Part shown: positions 12,355-26,315 of the stretch, one piece after another | How positions within the stretch are numbered: the first letter of the stretch is position 1 | How the letters are laid out: each line of letters opens with the position of its first letter | NCBI GenBank assembly: GCA_965202585.1 | Contig: OZ241831.1 | Coordinates: 17,112,001-17,176,000, forward strand | Direction: 5' to 3' | DNA: 64,000 nt | From: Thalia democratica | Taxonomy: Eukaryota | Notes under the pieces: model-generated | What the model was told of the DNA's origin: nothing | Databases searched by the model: none | What the model saw: the letters and a program-made list of their open reading frames with translations, nothing else | Position numbers and translations under genes: made by a program

Positions 12355-15300
12355 CGCTTTGCATGAAACTTTCTGCAGTTGAAATATACTCTTTGCTGGT
12401 GATTGAAATACACTTTTTTCGCTTGTTAGCCAACTAAGCTTGTTAAACTTTTCGTTAGCTCTAATTTTTACTTAGTTTTCGCCACTATTAAAAATTTATA
12501 GGTTAAGTAAACATTTTAAATCAGCTGTCTCCGAGTGCTTAAACTCACTTAACATTAACCTAATTTTTTACACTACATTTAAGCACATCGAAACAGGATA
12601 TTTTACTAGAAATTGTTTTTTGCTACAAATCATAACGCTTTGACGCTCTTTTTAGAATTATTTGTTCAGTAGGGGTATATTTTTATGTTTTTATTTTTTG
12701 CCTCAATTATTTTTTAGGTTTATGTAATTATAAAAAAAAATATGTGCTTTGACAATAAAGCTTTAAAACCTTTTTTTAATAAACTAAAAGTCACAGTTGT
12801 TTTTATAACTTTTTAAACTTTTTATTAGATTTATTTTTTCTTAAGATTTGATTTTTTAGCTTCATTCGAGTTTTCAAAATATATTTTAGATATTTTTTGT
12901 CACCTTTTAACAAGTATTGTGTAATAAAATAATTATTTAGTTGATTGTTAGTAGTTTTGAATAGTACGTAAGCTTTATTGTGAACATTCAAAAATCGCTT
13001 TAAGTTTTTAATAAACCGTGTTAACAATTTATACACTTTCTCATTGTAATACTTAAGATTAAAGAAATATTTTTCTAAGCTAAGATTAGAAAACTAAGAG
13101 TTGCATTAAGAGCGAAATTTCGGAAAGTACACGCAATTGAGAAAATATGAAAACTTTCCGATCAGCCGATGTGCAATCAATACCACCTATGATACGCTTT
13201 TAGCTTGTTTGATCATTAATAAAAAAGACTCGTGCATGTTTTCAGATCAGCTTTGACTGCCTCGTACTTGTTTAACTTCTCAATTACGAGTCTTCGTATT
13301 TGTTGTTACAAGAGCAATTTTCAATTCTTTCAGCGGTGTACTTCACATCAGCGAAAAACCAATAATATTGAGCAGTTATGCAACTTTTTTCTCGAAAAAT
13401 ATTCTCTATGAGCTTTTTTTACAGCAACAAAATTGTTCGCTTAATGGTGTAAGCTTATGAAAGTATGTTTTTTAAACGTACCTAAATTATCTTTATTTTT
13501 GTTTCAAGCATGAATCATTTCTAAAACTAAACCGAAAGTTTATTTGACGTTGGATCATATTTTAAAATATTTATACAAAAAACTAGTTTTAACTACAATG
13601 GAATACTAATGTTTTTTAAGACTAATAGCTATATTTAGAGGTATAACTATTATTCAACTGTTAAGTTGATTATCACTTGTTCTACTAAAGCTTTAATCAA
13701 AAATTTTTAGATTTTATTAAAGCACCAGAATTTTTTTTTATAGAAGTACGTATTATTCGTTTTAAAAATGATTTTTTTCATACTTTTGCAAACAAAAAAT
13801 GTTTAAAAACTACAACATAAACCTTGAAAATAAGTTAAACTATAAGTTACTGTTTTTTATATTGTTTACATCAACTCCAGTTTTTTACTTTAAAAAAATC
13901 TTAACATTATTCAAACTCTAATTCGTGTTAAATTTGTTTTTTTAAATCAAAACAGACTTAAATTTGGTAACAGTAGTTTTTTTTCTTGTGTTGAAAGACT
14001 ATATACTTCTAAAAACTTAATTATATAAACATTATTTTAGTCCTTTATTTTAGTCGGTTAATAAATTATGTAAATACTATTCAACTTTTGCTTAACTTTT
14101 GCCTAAGCTATATCAAATTATTGAAAAAACACAATAACTAAAAAACAAACATACGTTTCAAACATCGTTAAAAAGAATCTCAGCGCAACACCCGTATTAA
14201 GCATTTACTGCATGCAGCCGAATCTGCATGACATGCTAATTAATTATTTAGGAGGCATCCAAAGCGGAAAGGCCAACATAAGCAGCATAAAAGCATCAAA
14301 ACACGCCACGTTCACAGGTACAAGCTGCATGTAGGGGGAAAGAAGCAGGCAGTTAAAAATTCGGTTGGCGCGCCAAGCTCGGATTGCATTTCGCCTTACC
14401 TCAGTTTGAAAATGCAAGCGATTTCGGACATCCACGCATATAATGTGCGCGTTATACAAACGATGAACAATTATTTCAATTTGCCACCGACTGGCTCTTG
14501 GCCTTTCGACTTTCCTATGTGCGGCGCTGCACTTTGTTTGGCAAAGAAACTTTTTGCCGACTTGATATTCTACCGGCGCTTTAACGTATGAAAGAGTTTG
14601 ATTCAAATTGGAGAAAATGAAAGTTGTCAGATTTTTTTTATCGATGATTTATAGCTGCCTAAAGTTTAACGTCTAACTAACCAATATTTGCTAGAGTAGT
14701 GCAATTTTTTATGAAAAAAAAACAATGAAGGACTAAAGTTCAAGATTTTAAAATTAATAATGTAAACAAATTACTTTTATGAAAAACAATTAAACTACTT
14801 ATAATAACAAATTTTTACTTGGTTGATAGTTTAATAATTTACCGTTTATATAATGACAAATGTTAAAAATAATCAGTTTTTAAACTACTTGTTTGTGTAA
14901 AATAATTAAGTCATGATTTTTGATATTGCCACCTAATGAAAAACTTGAAATATGTTCTTCTACTATACTCGACATTTAGTAATTATTTTTTCAATTTACT
15001 TAAACAATTGTAGAAAAATATTTCATAGTCAACATGTAGAACTAACTCATAGATTAGATCATGTTGTAACATGCGCATTACCATTATTTTATTCAAAACT
15101 TAATCATTGCTGAGGGTAAACTTATCCAGCTTAGACAAATATTATTGGTGTGTCATACACGTTCATTATTTTAAAACAGTCTGTACACATGCTGTAAAAA
15201 GTAAGCAAAGATGACCTATTTAATTTTAATTAGTAAGGAGTGGTGAATTATATAATGAAACTTCCTTTGATTTTTATGTGGTTATAGTTCTAAGCATTTA

Positions 15301-18300
15301 TAAAAAAATTGAACACTGATTTTACGACATTAAAAAAATATTTTTTTCAATTAGTTAAATTTTAAGTCTTAAACCTCTTTTTATTTACTTTTCACTAATG
15401 TAGCAGCTTAAATAAACATTTATAAACACCTTTAAAGAAAGAAACTTTGAAGAAAAAAGTTTTTAACTTAAAAATTTTAATTAATTTATTCATGTTTTAA
15501 GGCATTTATTTGTTTTTATATATAAACAATGTGGTAAAAATAACCTAACTTATAGGAACGAAGAAAAACTGTGTGAACTGCTCTAGAACTTTGAATAGAA
15601 TAAAGCAGAGGTACAAAGTCTAGCTTAAAACGAGTTAATTACAATGTTATTGAACAAAGTTAATTATGGAGAAGTATGTGTAGTGTGTGCTTATTCTTAT
15701 TAAATGTGTGTTTCAATATGGTGAGATTTAGAATTTCGGAAAAGACTTAAAACCAATCAAGTCAGTAAAATCGAAACCATTGACGAAGTCAATTAAAGAA
15801 GCAAACTATCTTCTTGTGAATTACCAAATTATTTAGATTTTTAATAACTTTAAAATACGTATAAGAAAAAAAATATATAACTTACGTACTTATAATGCAG
15901 AATTTAATAATAAATTAGATTACATGGTGCCAATGCAGCATAAAGGCGTTTTATTTAGGTGCCCAAATTTTTTTAAATATGTTGCGGCTAGCTTCTAGTA
16001 AAAAATGTGCCTTGAGGGTTTTACCTTCTCTATATTTTACTGTGCTGTATCTTTTATAAATTATTTGTTTTGCTTATGTTTTTAATAAAACAAAGTTTAA
16101 ATTTAATAATCTTTTTTTTTAATGTATTATAAGTATACATTATTTGTACTATGAAAATTGCTTCGTTTTTAACTAACTTAAATTAAAAATTATTAATTTT
16201 TTTGTGATCATGCAATACTTTTTTTTTTTTTGATTTCATTATTAAACTAAGTATTTAAACAAAAAAAATTAAAGAGTTTTTTTTTCTACGTGATTCTGAG
16301 CGACTAGTATTTATTTTTATGTTTGTGGACCAAATTAAGAAATTCATCAAAACGTTTTAAGTTTTTTGTTTAACTAACATAAACAAAAACTTTTTAGTGG
16401 TCAGCTGCAAGAAAATTTTTCAAAAATTTAAAATATACAATAGTTGTACCACTTTTTTTTATTGTAAAAATCTATTTAAAACATAAAGTTTAATTGTTTG
16501 TCATTTATTTCTTTTTTTTACTTATATGTGTCGCTTTTATTTTTATGTAATTAAATAATTCATTTAACCTAAACAACTAATTTAATTTATAAAAAGACTT
16601 CAACCTGTTTATTTTTTAAACTGGTAGCAACATAAGTTTTTTTTTTTATCTGATAGGATAAATTAACCTTAATTAAAAAATTAATAAAGGTTTGCATATT
16701 TAGTAAAGCTACAAAATAAAAATAAATAAGATTTTAATTTTTTTTTTTTTACGTAACTAATATTTAAGAAATCAGATCTGGTTGTTGCTTCACTTCCGAT
16801 ATTTTATTTATTGCAAAAATAAAAGAAATTGAGGTTCGTGTTTAAAGTAAATAAAAGGATGTTAAAAAACCTAGTGAAAGTTACATAAAATAAAATGCAG
16901 TTCAAATGTAAGATAAAAGCCTTTTAAATTTCGATTCTCAAGCTAACTTGATTTAGAATTCTTTAAGAAAGAGCAAGTAGGTGCTCGAGAAAAGAAACTT
17001 TAACACCACTAATAAAAAGCCAGCTTTACACGATTGAGCCCGTTGATCGATTTTCAGTGCTACAAAGATCTTCAAATTCTTTATTTTTATTTTTTTTTGA
17101 TAAGCAGTTAAAAGTTTCTTTTAAACTTCCTACCAATTTTAATTAAAAAGCTGTCTTTCAAGTTTACAATATCTGGCCGTTACGCAATAAAAACAAGGAA
17201 GGAACACGGAAACTGTTCCTTTTTTGTTAACTAAGCTCTTGTTTTTGTGATTTGTATGTGAAATCATCTGAGAAAGTTTTTTTTTAGTTTTTATAAAGGC
17301 CAAAAATAATAGTCATATTTTGTTTTAGATGATGCTAAAAAACAATAACAGTTGTGTTGTAAAAAAGCAACGTTTCAATAATGTTTTTTTTATTTACATT
17401 TACAGTTAAATATCTTCAAAACAAACTAGATATTTTTAATACTATTTATACTACAAAAACGAATATTAATCAAATTAGGATCAAGTTAAACAGCAAATTT
17501 GAAAAAAACTAAACAAGTTACTTTTCGTCAAACTTCAATTGCTATGAGTGTTAGAAATGAAATCATCAAAAAATTTTACAAAACTGTACTTTTATTATTT
17601 TAAAACAGATGATTTTGATTTCTAACTTATAAGCTGTAACGAAACAAAACCTTTTTTTTTGACTAGCCAAATTTTTCTACGATTAATCAAGTTATATTGT
17701 TTATAAATTTATTATGTAAAATGTGTCTGGTTTTGATTAAATTTAAAAAAGTTTATACTTGAAAAGAATCAAATTACAAACTAAATTTGTGTTTTTATTT
17801 TCTTTTACATACAAGCATTCAAAGTTTATTTTCTCTTTTAACACTCGGTGGGCTTAAACTTGTCAACGGCTTTTACTTAACTTTTTATGCAGATAAGACC
17901 TATTTTTGGCATGCTATATAAAAGTGTATCTTTTTGTTCCTAAAGAACTTTTTAAACATTGTTTGCTTTAGCAAGTTAACCTAGTTTGAAGGTTTTCCTT
18001 AATTAAAAAAATCACCTGTTGTAAATATAAGACTTGTACTTTTTTATATTACTTATTTTTAATAATTAAATTTACTGCATTAAATAAGTGAGAGTTAATC
18101 TTTAATCTTTGTACTACAATCTAAAATAAAACTAGTTTACGGCATAACACTTTTTTTCTTTTAAAACTTTAGTGAATTTTTAGAATATAAAAACAATTAA
18201 CTGAAGTAAACAGATTTAAAAACTTCATCTGAGTTGTACTATAAAGTTAAATGAAGTTTCATCAATGCATTTACTCCTTACAAGTACCATAGTGCAGTTT

Positions 18301-21300
18301 AAATCATCTGTTCCAGATTCTTGTTTTTCTAGTAATCAGTCAAAACTTGATTAAGCTGCTGTGGAAAGTTGATGCATTTTATTAGTTTCGTCGCAAAAAG
18401 AAGAAGCAAAAAGTAGTTTACAAGAGGCAAAGCAGGGCTAAATGCCTTATATTGATTTGCAGTTGTCTAATGGATTTACAAATTCGCTTGTAATCGATTA
18501 GTTTCGTCTTGTTTTGCTGTACAGCTACATTTTCAGCTCTTTTTTCCGCCTGTCAAAGAATTTTTTTAATTTAGATAGAATTTTTAAAATCAAAATGCAT
18601 ATCTGCTACGAGTAATACTTTTATTAATTTCAAATGTTTTCAAAATTATAAGCTTTTTAATTGTTTAGGTTGTTTGTTAAACCGTTTTAAACAAATTTAT
18701 CTCCAATCTTAGCATAGCAAAATATTGAAAATGTTTCATAAGTTGAAAAACGTACCGTCCAAAATAAATTTTATTTTTTTATTTTTCTTTGTTATTGCAT
18801 TATATTGTAACCGATAATAACACAATGCTTGTAAAAATAGAATTAAAAGGCATTTTGTTTATGTTTAAAAATTTGTTTAGTGTTTTTTTTTTTTGTTCTT
18901 CGAATAGTTTGTATAAAAAGTTTATCTATTTAAATATGATTTTATGTTTATTGTTTTTAAAAACACACTTACTAAATATTTCAAACTTTTTAAGCTTTAT
19001 TTATTTATTTTATTTTATTTTATAATCGTAACAAATAGTGTGTATCAAAATGTTTCATTTTGATAATATAGCTTAAAGTTTTTTCGTTAATTTTATTTTA
19101 AAGTAATCTTAAGTACTCAAACTTTCATAGCATTCTTATTTGTTTATTACCTTATCAATTTACAAATTTTGAGTGATTAGTTTAAAGCATTTTATCAGAA
19201 CATTAAGGTTCAAAATCATTTATTTTTATCAAAATCTGCAAAAAATAGTTTTATAGTTTTTTTAAACTGACACATAAAAATAGATTCTTTTTTAGTAAGT
19301 AATAATTTATTGTTTAAAATAGATTTAGTGATGAGAAAACTAAGTAAAGTTTTTACAATTAGAAAAACTGCAACGAGTACAAAGCAAGGGGTTTTCCACA
19401 GACACATCAATTTTTCCTGATTTTAAATAGCTGTATTTAATTAAGACGTTGGCAGTACTTCATCTTAAAATTTAAGCAGTGCAATTTCAACTTTCTATTT
19501 TAGTTTTTGCCTCCCAGTTTACTATCTTGAATTGTCTTGTAAAATTTTTTTTACACTCTACTTTACTTATCAGTTTTTGATTAACTCGGTATCACTTTAA
19601 ATACAAAAACTAAAGCGTCAAAAAAAAAATCAAAAAGAACATGTTTACGTAAAAGAATTTCTAAAATTGGTACATAATTTGTGTAAGTGTCAAGTTGAGC
19701 CGCGTAATTACTTAATTAGTTCACAACTCTCTTTAAAATCCTATTGTTTTCGATTGTACAACAAGTAAATTGTATATGCAATTTTTATTGTATAATATTT
19801 AGCTGATAAACACCATTTTAGTTTAAAATTTAGATAAATTGCTTTGTTAAAGTTAAGGTTTTTTATTAATTTGTTTTATATTTTCAAAGAATCCTAATTT
19901 TGTTTATCGTATAAATTTTAGTATAAATTGCTATTGAATTAAATTTAAAAGTTTAAAAAATTCTGAGTACCTTATAGTACAAAATAGTCTATAATTTGTA
20001 TTTTTTTTTGTACAAGTGTATACAAAACAAATTAAAGTTGTATTTGAGAATTTTTTTTTTGTTTATTTTGTATATGTTAAATCTAAAATAAAACAATTAT
20101 GTCATTTTATAATTGTAATTTTCTATGTAATTAGTCTGAAATTTTTTTATGCAAGTTTTTAACTGTTAACATACTTGGGCAAGACTTTTACTCTGCATGA
20201 GAGCGACATGTAAATTTTTCTATTTAAATAAACAAAAGACTCAAATTTAAACAACTATAAGCTGTTTTTTCTTAATTATAACTAATACATAACAAATGCT
20301 AATTTCAAAATAATCTCTTAAAGAAGATCTTTGATTCAAACTAACTATTTTTCTCCATGCAAGTATAGGAAGTGGAAAAATAAACTTCAAAGTCATAAGG
20401 CGCGTGTAGTAAATAAATCAGGCGTTTTATTTAATTGAAATACTGACATTGAAGTCGTTGTTTATCAGTTCTCAACTGAGACTTCAACGACAGGTCACAT
20501 GCACCAGTGTATCAATCAATTTTTAAGTTTTTGTAGTAAAACAGTAAAACTTGGCGAAAATCGATGCATGCTGTTGTTTTTGAAGCTTTCTTACCCGACC
20601 CAGCGATATTTTCAACAGTCAAGAAAATCAAAACAACTGATTGGAGCAAGCTCATGCAACTTTAATGAGATAATTAAATTTCAAATGTTGTTATCTTAAT
20701 CTATATTTTATCTAAAACAGCTTCTTTAAAACTTTTTATACATTTTGATTGTTTTGTCTACAATATTTATCATGCTTATAAACACTAAACATGACCTGAA
20801 GAATAAAAACAACTATTTGTTTAAGCTATAGTTTTAGCTAACAACAAAAAACTAAAACAATCTAAAAAAAAACTTTTAGTTGTAATCAAAGCCTTTTCAA
20901 TTTTTCTTATATAATATCAGTCGGTAAACTAAATTAGAGTGTTTACTTGATCAAAATATCAAGTGTAAAGACTATCAAAACTTTTAATCGCCTTTTATAA
21001 CACTACAGTAAGAAAATATTTAATTAAGTAAACATTTTAGAAACTAGTTCAGCTTTATTTTCCTTTTAGTATCAAATTGTTTTTAAGCTTAACTAATTAA
21101 AACATGGCATTAATAACAACTTAAAAGTTTTAGACATGTTTGGATTATAACTTAGCTGTATTTTATACACGTCAGTGCTATGCTAGCAACCAAAAAAAAA
21201 ACTCAAAAATCATAATAAAACATAATAAATTAAAAAAATGAAACTTAGTTCAAACATCCATAAGACTTAAAGTATTTTATTAAATAAATATTATCAAATT

Positions 21301-22162
21301 CTTACTTAGATGAACGCTCAAGTCGAAATGATGATAATAAAACGTACTTAGTAGTCTCAAAATTGTTAAAAAAAAATTATTATATGTTTTAAAATTTTAA
21401 AAAAGTTCAAATAGTTTTTTAGCAGATTATGATATAAATATTTAGAACTTTATGTAGTTTTAGTTGTGGTAAATAAAATGAAATTCCATAAAACTTCAAA
21501 AAAGAATAATTAAAAATTAGGAATGTAAAGTTATATTAAAGAAACTTATAAACCATGTTTTCCGTCTTCATGGTATTCGTTCTTAAGCACATTTAACTAT
21601 CAAGTAGAAACATAAAACTAACCATGTTAATAGAGTTTTTTTCTTATACTTAAATCTCTTTGAGTCAGGTTTATGGGTAAGTTTGTAAAATTAAAAATTT
21701 CTTACACAAACAACACTTAGGAAAGTATTTCTTTAATAGCCATATTTATATGCTAAAACTTTTTAAATTTTAAACAATCTGTTTTTTTTGTACAAAAACT
21801 TTGTTAACCCTCAAAAACTTATAGCTGTTGGTTTTGTATACTTAAATTGTTTTCAAAAATAATCATAAACTGCAAACAAATAATTTAGCTTAAAGTGTAC
21901 TAAAACGAAACCTCCTAAATACTTTCAATCTATTCTTAAAATATACTGAAAACAACTACGGGTTGGTTAAAGTGTGTTTTTTTTTTCAAATACATTTTGT
22001 TTAATTTGTTTTTTAATTTGTTATGTTTTAAGTTAGACTCGTTTGAAACGATAAATTTTTGTTAAAAAATCTTACCATTTTTGTATTAAAAAATCTTTAA
22101 TATAAAATATTTGAAATATAAATTATTTTTATCAAAAAAAATAGCTGATAGTCACATTAAAC

Positions 22163-22170
22163 TGACGTCA
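22163..22170. promoter_or_regulatory. Palindromic CRE (TGACGTCA) upstream of EFHB
   Basis: Perfect TGACGTCA in otherwise very AT-rich DNA, ending about 65 bp before the ATG at 22235. Confidence 0.45.
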
Positions 22171-22234
22171 TTAAACTCTAAATTTTAACACGAGATTCTG
22201 AAGTTTTCAATAAAATCAAAACGCGAATGTGAGA

Positions 22235-24154
22235 ATGGAAAACAAAAAGTACATCAGCTCCAAGCAGCTCTACCTGGGCGACATCGTGGACAGCGTCAGG
22301 ATGATGCACCTGCAGCAGCAGAAGCCGCACGTTCCAAACAGACCGCGCCTCGCCCTTACCTACAATCCCGGCTACGAGGGCTTCGTCGGCAAATCGGGCG
22401 AGGCGAAGAACTACCTGCGGCCCAACAGAAAGGTGTGGGACAAGAGCGGGCTGCCCGCTGCTGGCAGAGTTGAAATTAGAGCGAACGGCAGCGTGAAAAA
22501 GTGCTTCGCCAAGGACAACAAGGAAATCAATGAAAAGTTGCAGCCCGGCTACATGGTAGACCGCAGCTCGTGCCCAGAGTCAAGGAGAGGCGTCAGGCAT
22601 GGGAAACTGCGCGACTGCTACCGAAACAACTGCGACGTGATTGTTCCTAATGTTAAAACTAGGTGGCAAACCGAAAGGGAAAACTTCCTTTCAAAAGTGA
22701 ACGGCTGTCCCTTCAACAAGCGACCTGTTGGAAAGTCTGTAATGAAGGACGAAATAAAGGGGTGGGAAAAACCTCGCGCTGGCAAAGCGTTTGAGAGCCC
22801 GGGAGACGGGTACGGAATCGTGCAGCCGAACATCCCGGCGTTGCAAGTCGAAGAAAACGGAAGGATCAATCACGACCAGTACGTCTTCACCCACAACAGC
22901 TACGAGCCGGGTGAGAAGAAGAACCGCAACTACGAGTGGAACGGCGAGAACAAGTTCACCAAGACGATGGGCCGGGAAACTAACGCCGGGATGGACAGCC
23001 ACCACGTGAAGAAAATCCTGGAGTGGGAGCACGACGCGCCCGCCAACCCCACCAACAAGGTCGTGTCGCTCGCCTACCAAAACCGTCAGGACTTGTTCAA
23101 GCACAAGCTGGGAAAAGTTCGCGACCCGAACGTCCAGTTGCGACTGCAAACGCTCAACCCGGACCACAGGTTTGGCCTGAAGGAAGCGCCGCAGGGCCAC
23201 GGCGCATTCGAGTGCATGTACGGTCGCAACCCCAGCGACACTTTGCACGGGGAAGAAAAGCTGCAGGGGCTGGCCGCGAAGGCGAGGTGGCACATCAAGC
23301 GGGCCAACCATTACAACTTTGAGCGAGTTGAAGACGCGTTTGATAACTTCGATCGTGACCGAAAAGGCTACCTAACCGCCGACGACGTCCAGAAAGCGTG
23401 CTGGAGATTCGACATACCGTTGGACGGAAAAGTCTTGCGAGAATTAATGAAGATCTGCTGGCTCGAGTATGGTCAGGATCCTTCGGAATTCGACATCAAC
23501 ACTGCGACCTTGGACGTTGAAAAGTTCATGAGAAAGTTGACCATTCACGACTTCCACCAGGACCACTGCAATTGGGAGACTTTCGGCGCGGTCGCCAACG
23601 ACTACCTGGTGAAGATGGGCGACTACAACAGGCTGATGCTCTGCCAGAAGGAGCTGGTGCGCTGCCCGAACCCGACCCAGCACCTGACGACCAGCTCCGA
23701 AGTCGGCGCCGGCTACCCGCAGTGGAAGGAAAGCTTTATGTGGCACAGCCACGGGGTGCCGTCGAAGCGCACGGACTTGGCCGAGCCGAGGTACGTGTCG
23801 GTGTCGGACGGCCTCGACTACGGCGACAGGAACATCTACGAGATAATGCGACCGTCGGTGTTCCATCGGTGCGGTGTGTACGAGCGCGACCTGATGGAGC
23901 TGAGGGGGAAGGCGGTGTGCAAGCGCCTCATGTGCCGCTTCGGCCCCAAAATCGCCGAGGCGACCTTTGAAAAGATGTGGCCGCTGGCGGTGAAAATGAG
24001 CAACCCGGAAAGGGGCGGAGCTGGGGAGAAAGCTTCCGTTCAGGCGTGTCAGATGATTCTGAGAAATTTGGCCAGAAAAGTGCCGCTTGACAACCCTGCT
24101 GATCTGAGAGTGACGAAAAATGTTGCTGAAAAACGCAGCGAGCTTGTAATATAA
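22235..24154 (+). CDS. EFHB: EF-hand domain-containing family member B (CFAP21, ciliary microtubule inner protein), single exon
   Basis: Uninterrupted GC-rich ORF, first ATG at 22235 (the ORF track starts at GTG 22229). EF-hand FDRDRKGYLTADDV; C-terminal HGVPSKRTDLAEPRYVSVSDGLDYGD..RPSVFHRCGVYERD matches the EFHB C-terminus (YGVPTIRSDIPAPRIRRISDRTNYGEE..YPTIFARKGVFERD). AATAAA at 24187-24192. Confidence 0.92.
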   Translation: MENKKYISSKQLYLGDIVDSVRMMHLQQQKPHVPNRPRLALTYNPGYEGFVGKSGEAKNYLRPNRKVWDKSGLPAAGRVEIRANGSVKKCFAKDNKEINEKLQPGYMVDRSSCPESRRGVRHGKLRDCYRNNCDVIVPNVKTRWQTERENFLSKVNGCPFNKRPVGKSVMKDEIKGWEKPRAGKAFESPGDGYGIVQPNIPALQVEENGRINHDQYVFTHNSYEPGEKKNRNYEWNGENKFTKTMGRETNAGMDSHHVKKILEWEHDAPANPTNKVVSLAYQNRQDLFKHKLGKVRDPNVQLRLQTLNPDHRFGLKEAPQGHGAFECMYGRNPSDTLHGEEKLQGLAAKARWHIKRANHYNFERVEDAFDNFDRDRKGYLTADDVQKACWRFDIPLDGKVLRELMKICWLEYGQDPSEFDINTATLDVEKFMRKLTIHDFHQDHCNWETFGAVANDYLVKMGDYNRLMLCQKELVRCPNPTQHLTTSSEVGAGYPQWKESFMWHSHGVPSKRTDLAEPRYVSVSDGLDYGDRNIYEIMRPSVFHRCGVYERDLMELRGKAVCKRLMCRFGPKIAEATFEKMWPLAVKMSNPERGGAGEKASVQACQMILRNLARKVPLDNPADLRVTKNVAEKRSELVI

Positions 24155-25687
24155 TAAGGTGATATATAAATTTGCGGTGAAATTAAAATAAAGTTTCTAT
24201 TTTATATTTTTATTTGTCTACAAAATGTGTATCACTATGTTTTTTAAGCTTTTGAATAAAGTATGCCAGTTTAGTCTTTATTAGAATAAGCCAACTGTTT
24301 TAGTCCATAAAATCAATGCGTCCTAACAGATATTCTCTATTCATTAAACTGCTCCAAAAAAAGTTCGATTTTAGAAGTAAAGAACACCAATATTGAAATA
24401 AACTTTATACATACTAAAATATTTTTGAAAATGCACAACATTTTAACTCTCAGATTAAACAAGATTAATCTACTTCATTTTATGTTGTTTGAATATCAGT
24501 ATGTAACGTAAGTGAATACAAATGTCAAAACAAATTAAAACATAAATGTAATGTCCTAGAGGTGGCTTTGAAAACTCTTGGAGTTGAACGTTGCAAAATC
24601 AAAACTCAATGGTCGACACATAAACAAGAAAAATAGTAATTCAACTATTTAAAAGCAAGCTGTGAAATCGGAAAGTAGCATTTTTGACATAAAAGGAACA
24701 GTTGATCAGGGTTTGTACGCAAAATTTTGCAGTTTTAAATTTATATTCCTCGAATTAAATTCGAATCCTTGTCCTGGGCAGTCATTAATTAAACTGAAAT
24801 TTTCCTTATCTATGTTGGTCGGTGACCAGTTTAGCTTAAAACATATGAAACAACGTAAATTTTTAGATTAGTAATAACTGCGTAGCATACTAACAATAGA
24901 GCTTTTAATACATTTAATATCTTTCTATTTCTAATCATTTATGTAGATATAGCCCCTGGAAAGTTTCAAAAACATATTTTTAGAACGTGAGTTAATATGT
25001 AACTGCTAAAGACAAATTTAAATGTTTCTTTAAAAATTTGTAACTCACTTTTTCTTATTTTTTTAAATAACTTAATTTACATCAACACTGATCCCCCACT
25101 TTATGCTACTTCCAAATATAAAAATCAAATGTTTATTTAGAAAGAAATTTGTAATTTGTTAATGCACTAACAAAATATTTTCGAATGTTTTTAGAAGTTT
25201 TCAAATAATTTATCCAACAAAAACTTACGTTTAGAAATTTTAAAGCACTTGAAGCGACAAGAACTGACATTTTGTCAAATTTTCAAAAAAAAAACTTAAC
25301 TGATTTAACCTGATTTAACCTCACACGTATGATCCCTGGTTGTTGTAAAAATTAATTGTTGCCTTTTTTCAAATAAAATGTTGGTCAATACTTAATTTTT
25401 TTGAAAAGCAGACAATTTAAGAGCCTTTTTTGTGTTATTTAATATTTTTTACTTTTGAAATTTTTCAATTGCCTATGTTGCTCGACAAAAGGCTTTTATT
25501 CAATTTTTTTACTTTATTATATTATCAATAATTATAATAAATTTTAAGTAATACTAAAAGGTCTATTTTAAAAATTCTAATTTAAAACTTTTTTTCACCT
25601 TTATTAAAACTTCAATAACTACAAACATCAAGAATTTTTTACACTGTAATACTCTTATAAACAAATACAAAAAATACTATTCAACCT

Positions 25688-26315
25688 GGGAATGGGTCAA
25701 ATATGCACGAGGACATTTTTGCACGAAAGAAAATTTTAACACGAATACATTTTTACACGAAGGGACATTTTTACACGGAGAAATTTTTGCACGAAGATAC
25801 TTTTGTACGAGGGGTCACTTTTGCACGAAGACACTTTTGCATGGAAGGTCGCTTTTACACGAAAGGTCTTTTTTCACAAGAGTAAAAAATAACTAATAAA
25901 AGAAAAAAAGAAAAACTCTATTAATTAACAATAAATAAATAAAAGTTACCAACCGCGGGTAAAGGGTAAAGTGATAATAATATAAAAAATAAAAAGAAAC
26001 AACAAAAACAAAATATTTAAAAAAAGTTGAAAAATATTCAAAATAACTAATAAAAAACAAACAAAAAAGTTACTGACCGAGGGTAAGGGTTAGGGGTAAC
26101 AGTTATAGAAAAAAAATAATCAAAAAAAATAATAAATAAATAAACTAATAAAAAATAAACTATAAAAAACAATAAAGAAGAAAAAAATACCGACCGAGGG
26201 TAAAGGGTAATAGTGATAGTAAAAAAAAGTTAAAAATTAATTAAAATAAATTTTAAAAAAGTTAAAAAACATTCAATCCGTGCAAAAGTGTCCCTTCAAT
26301 TTTAGACTCCTACTT
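25688..26315. mobile_element. Non-autonomous MULE/Mutator-type element
   Basis: Degenerate TIRs (gggaatgggtcaaatatgca / aagtaggagtctaaattgaa) and 9-bp TSD ATTCAACCT at 25679-25687 and 26316-26324. Subterminal ttttgcacga repeats and three internal accgaccgagggtaagggt units. Confidence 0.75.

Noticed and set aside
22618-23970. Antisense and alternative-frame ORFs over EFHB
   Set aside because: By-products of high GC3 in the real EFHB frame.
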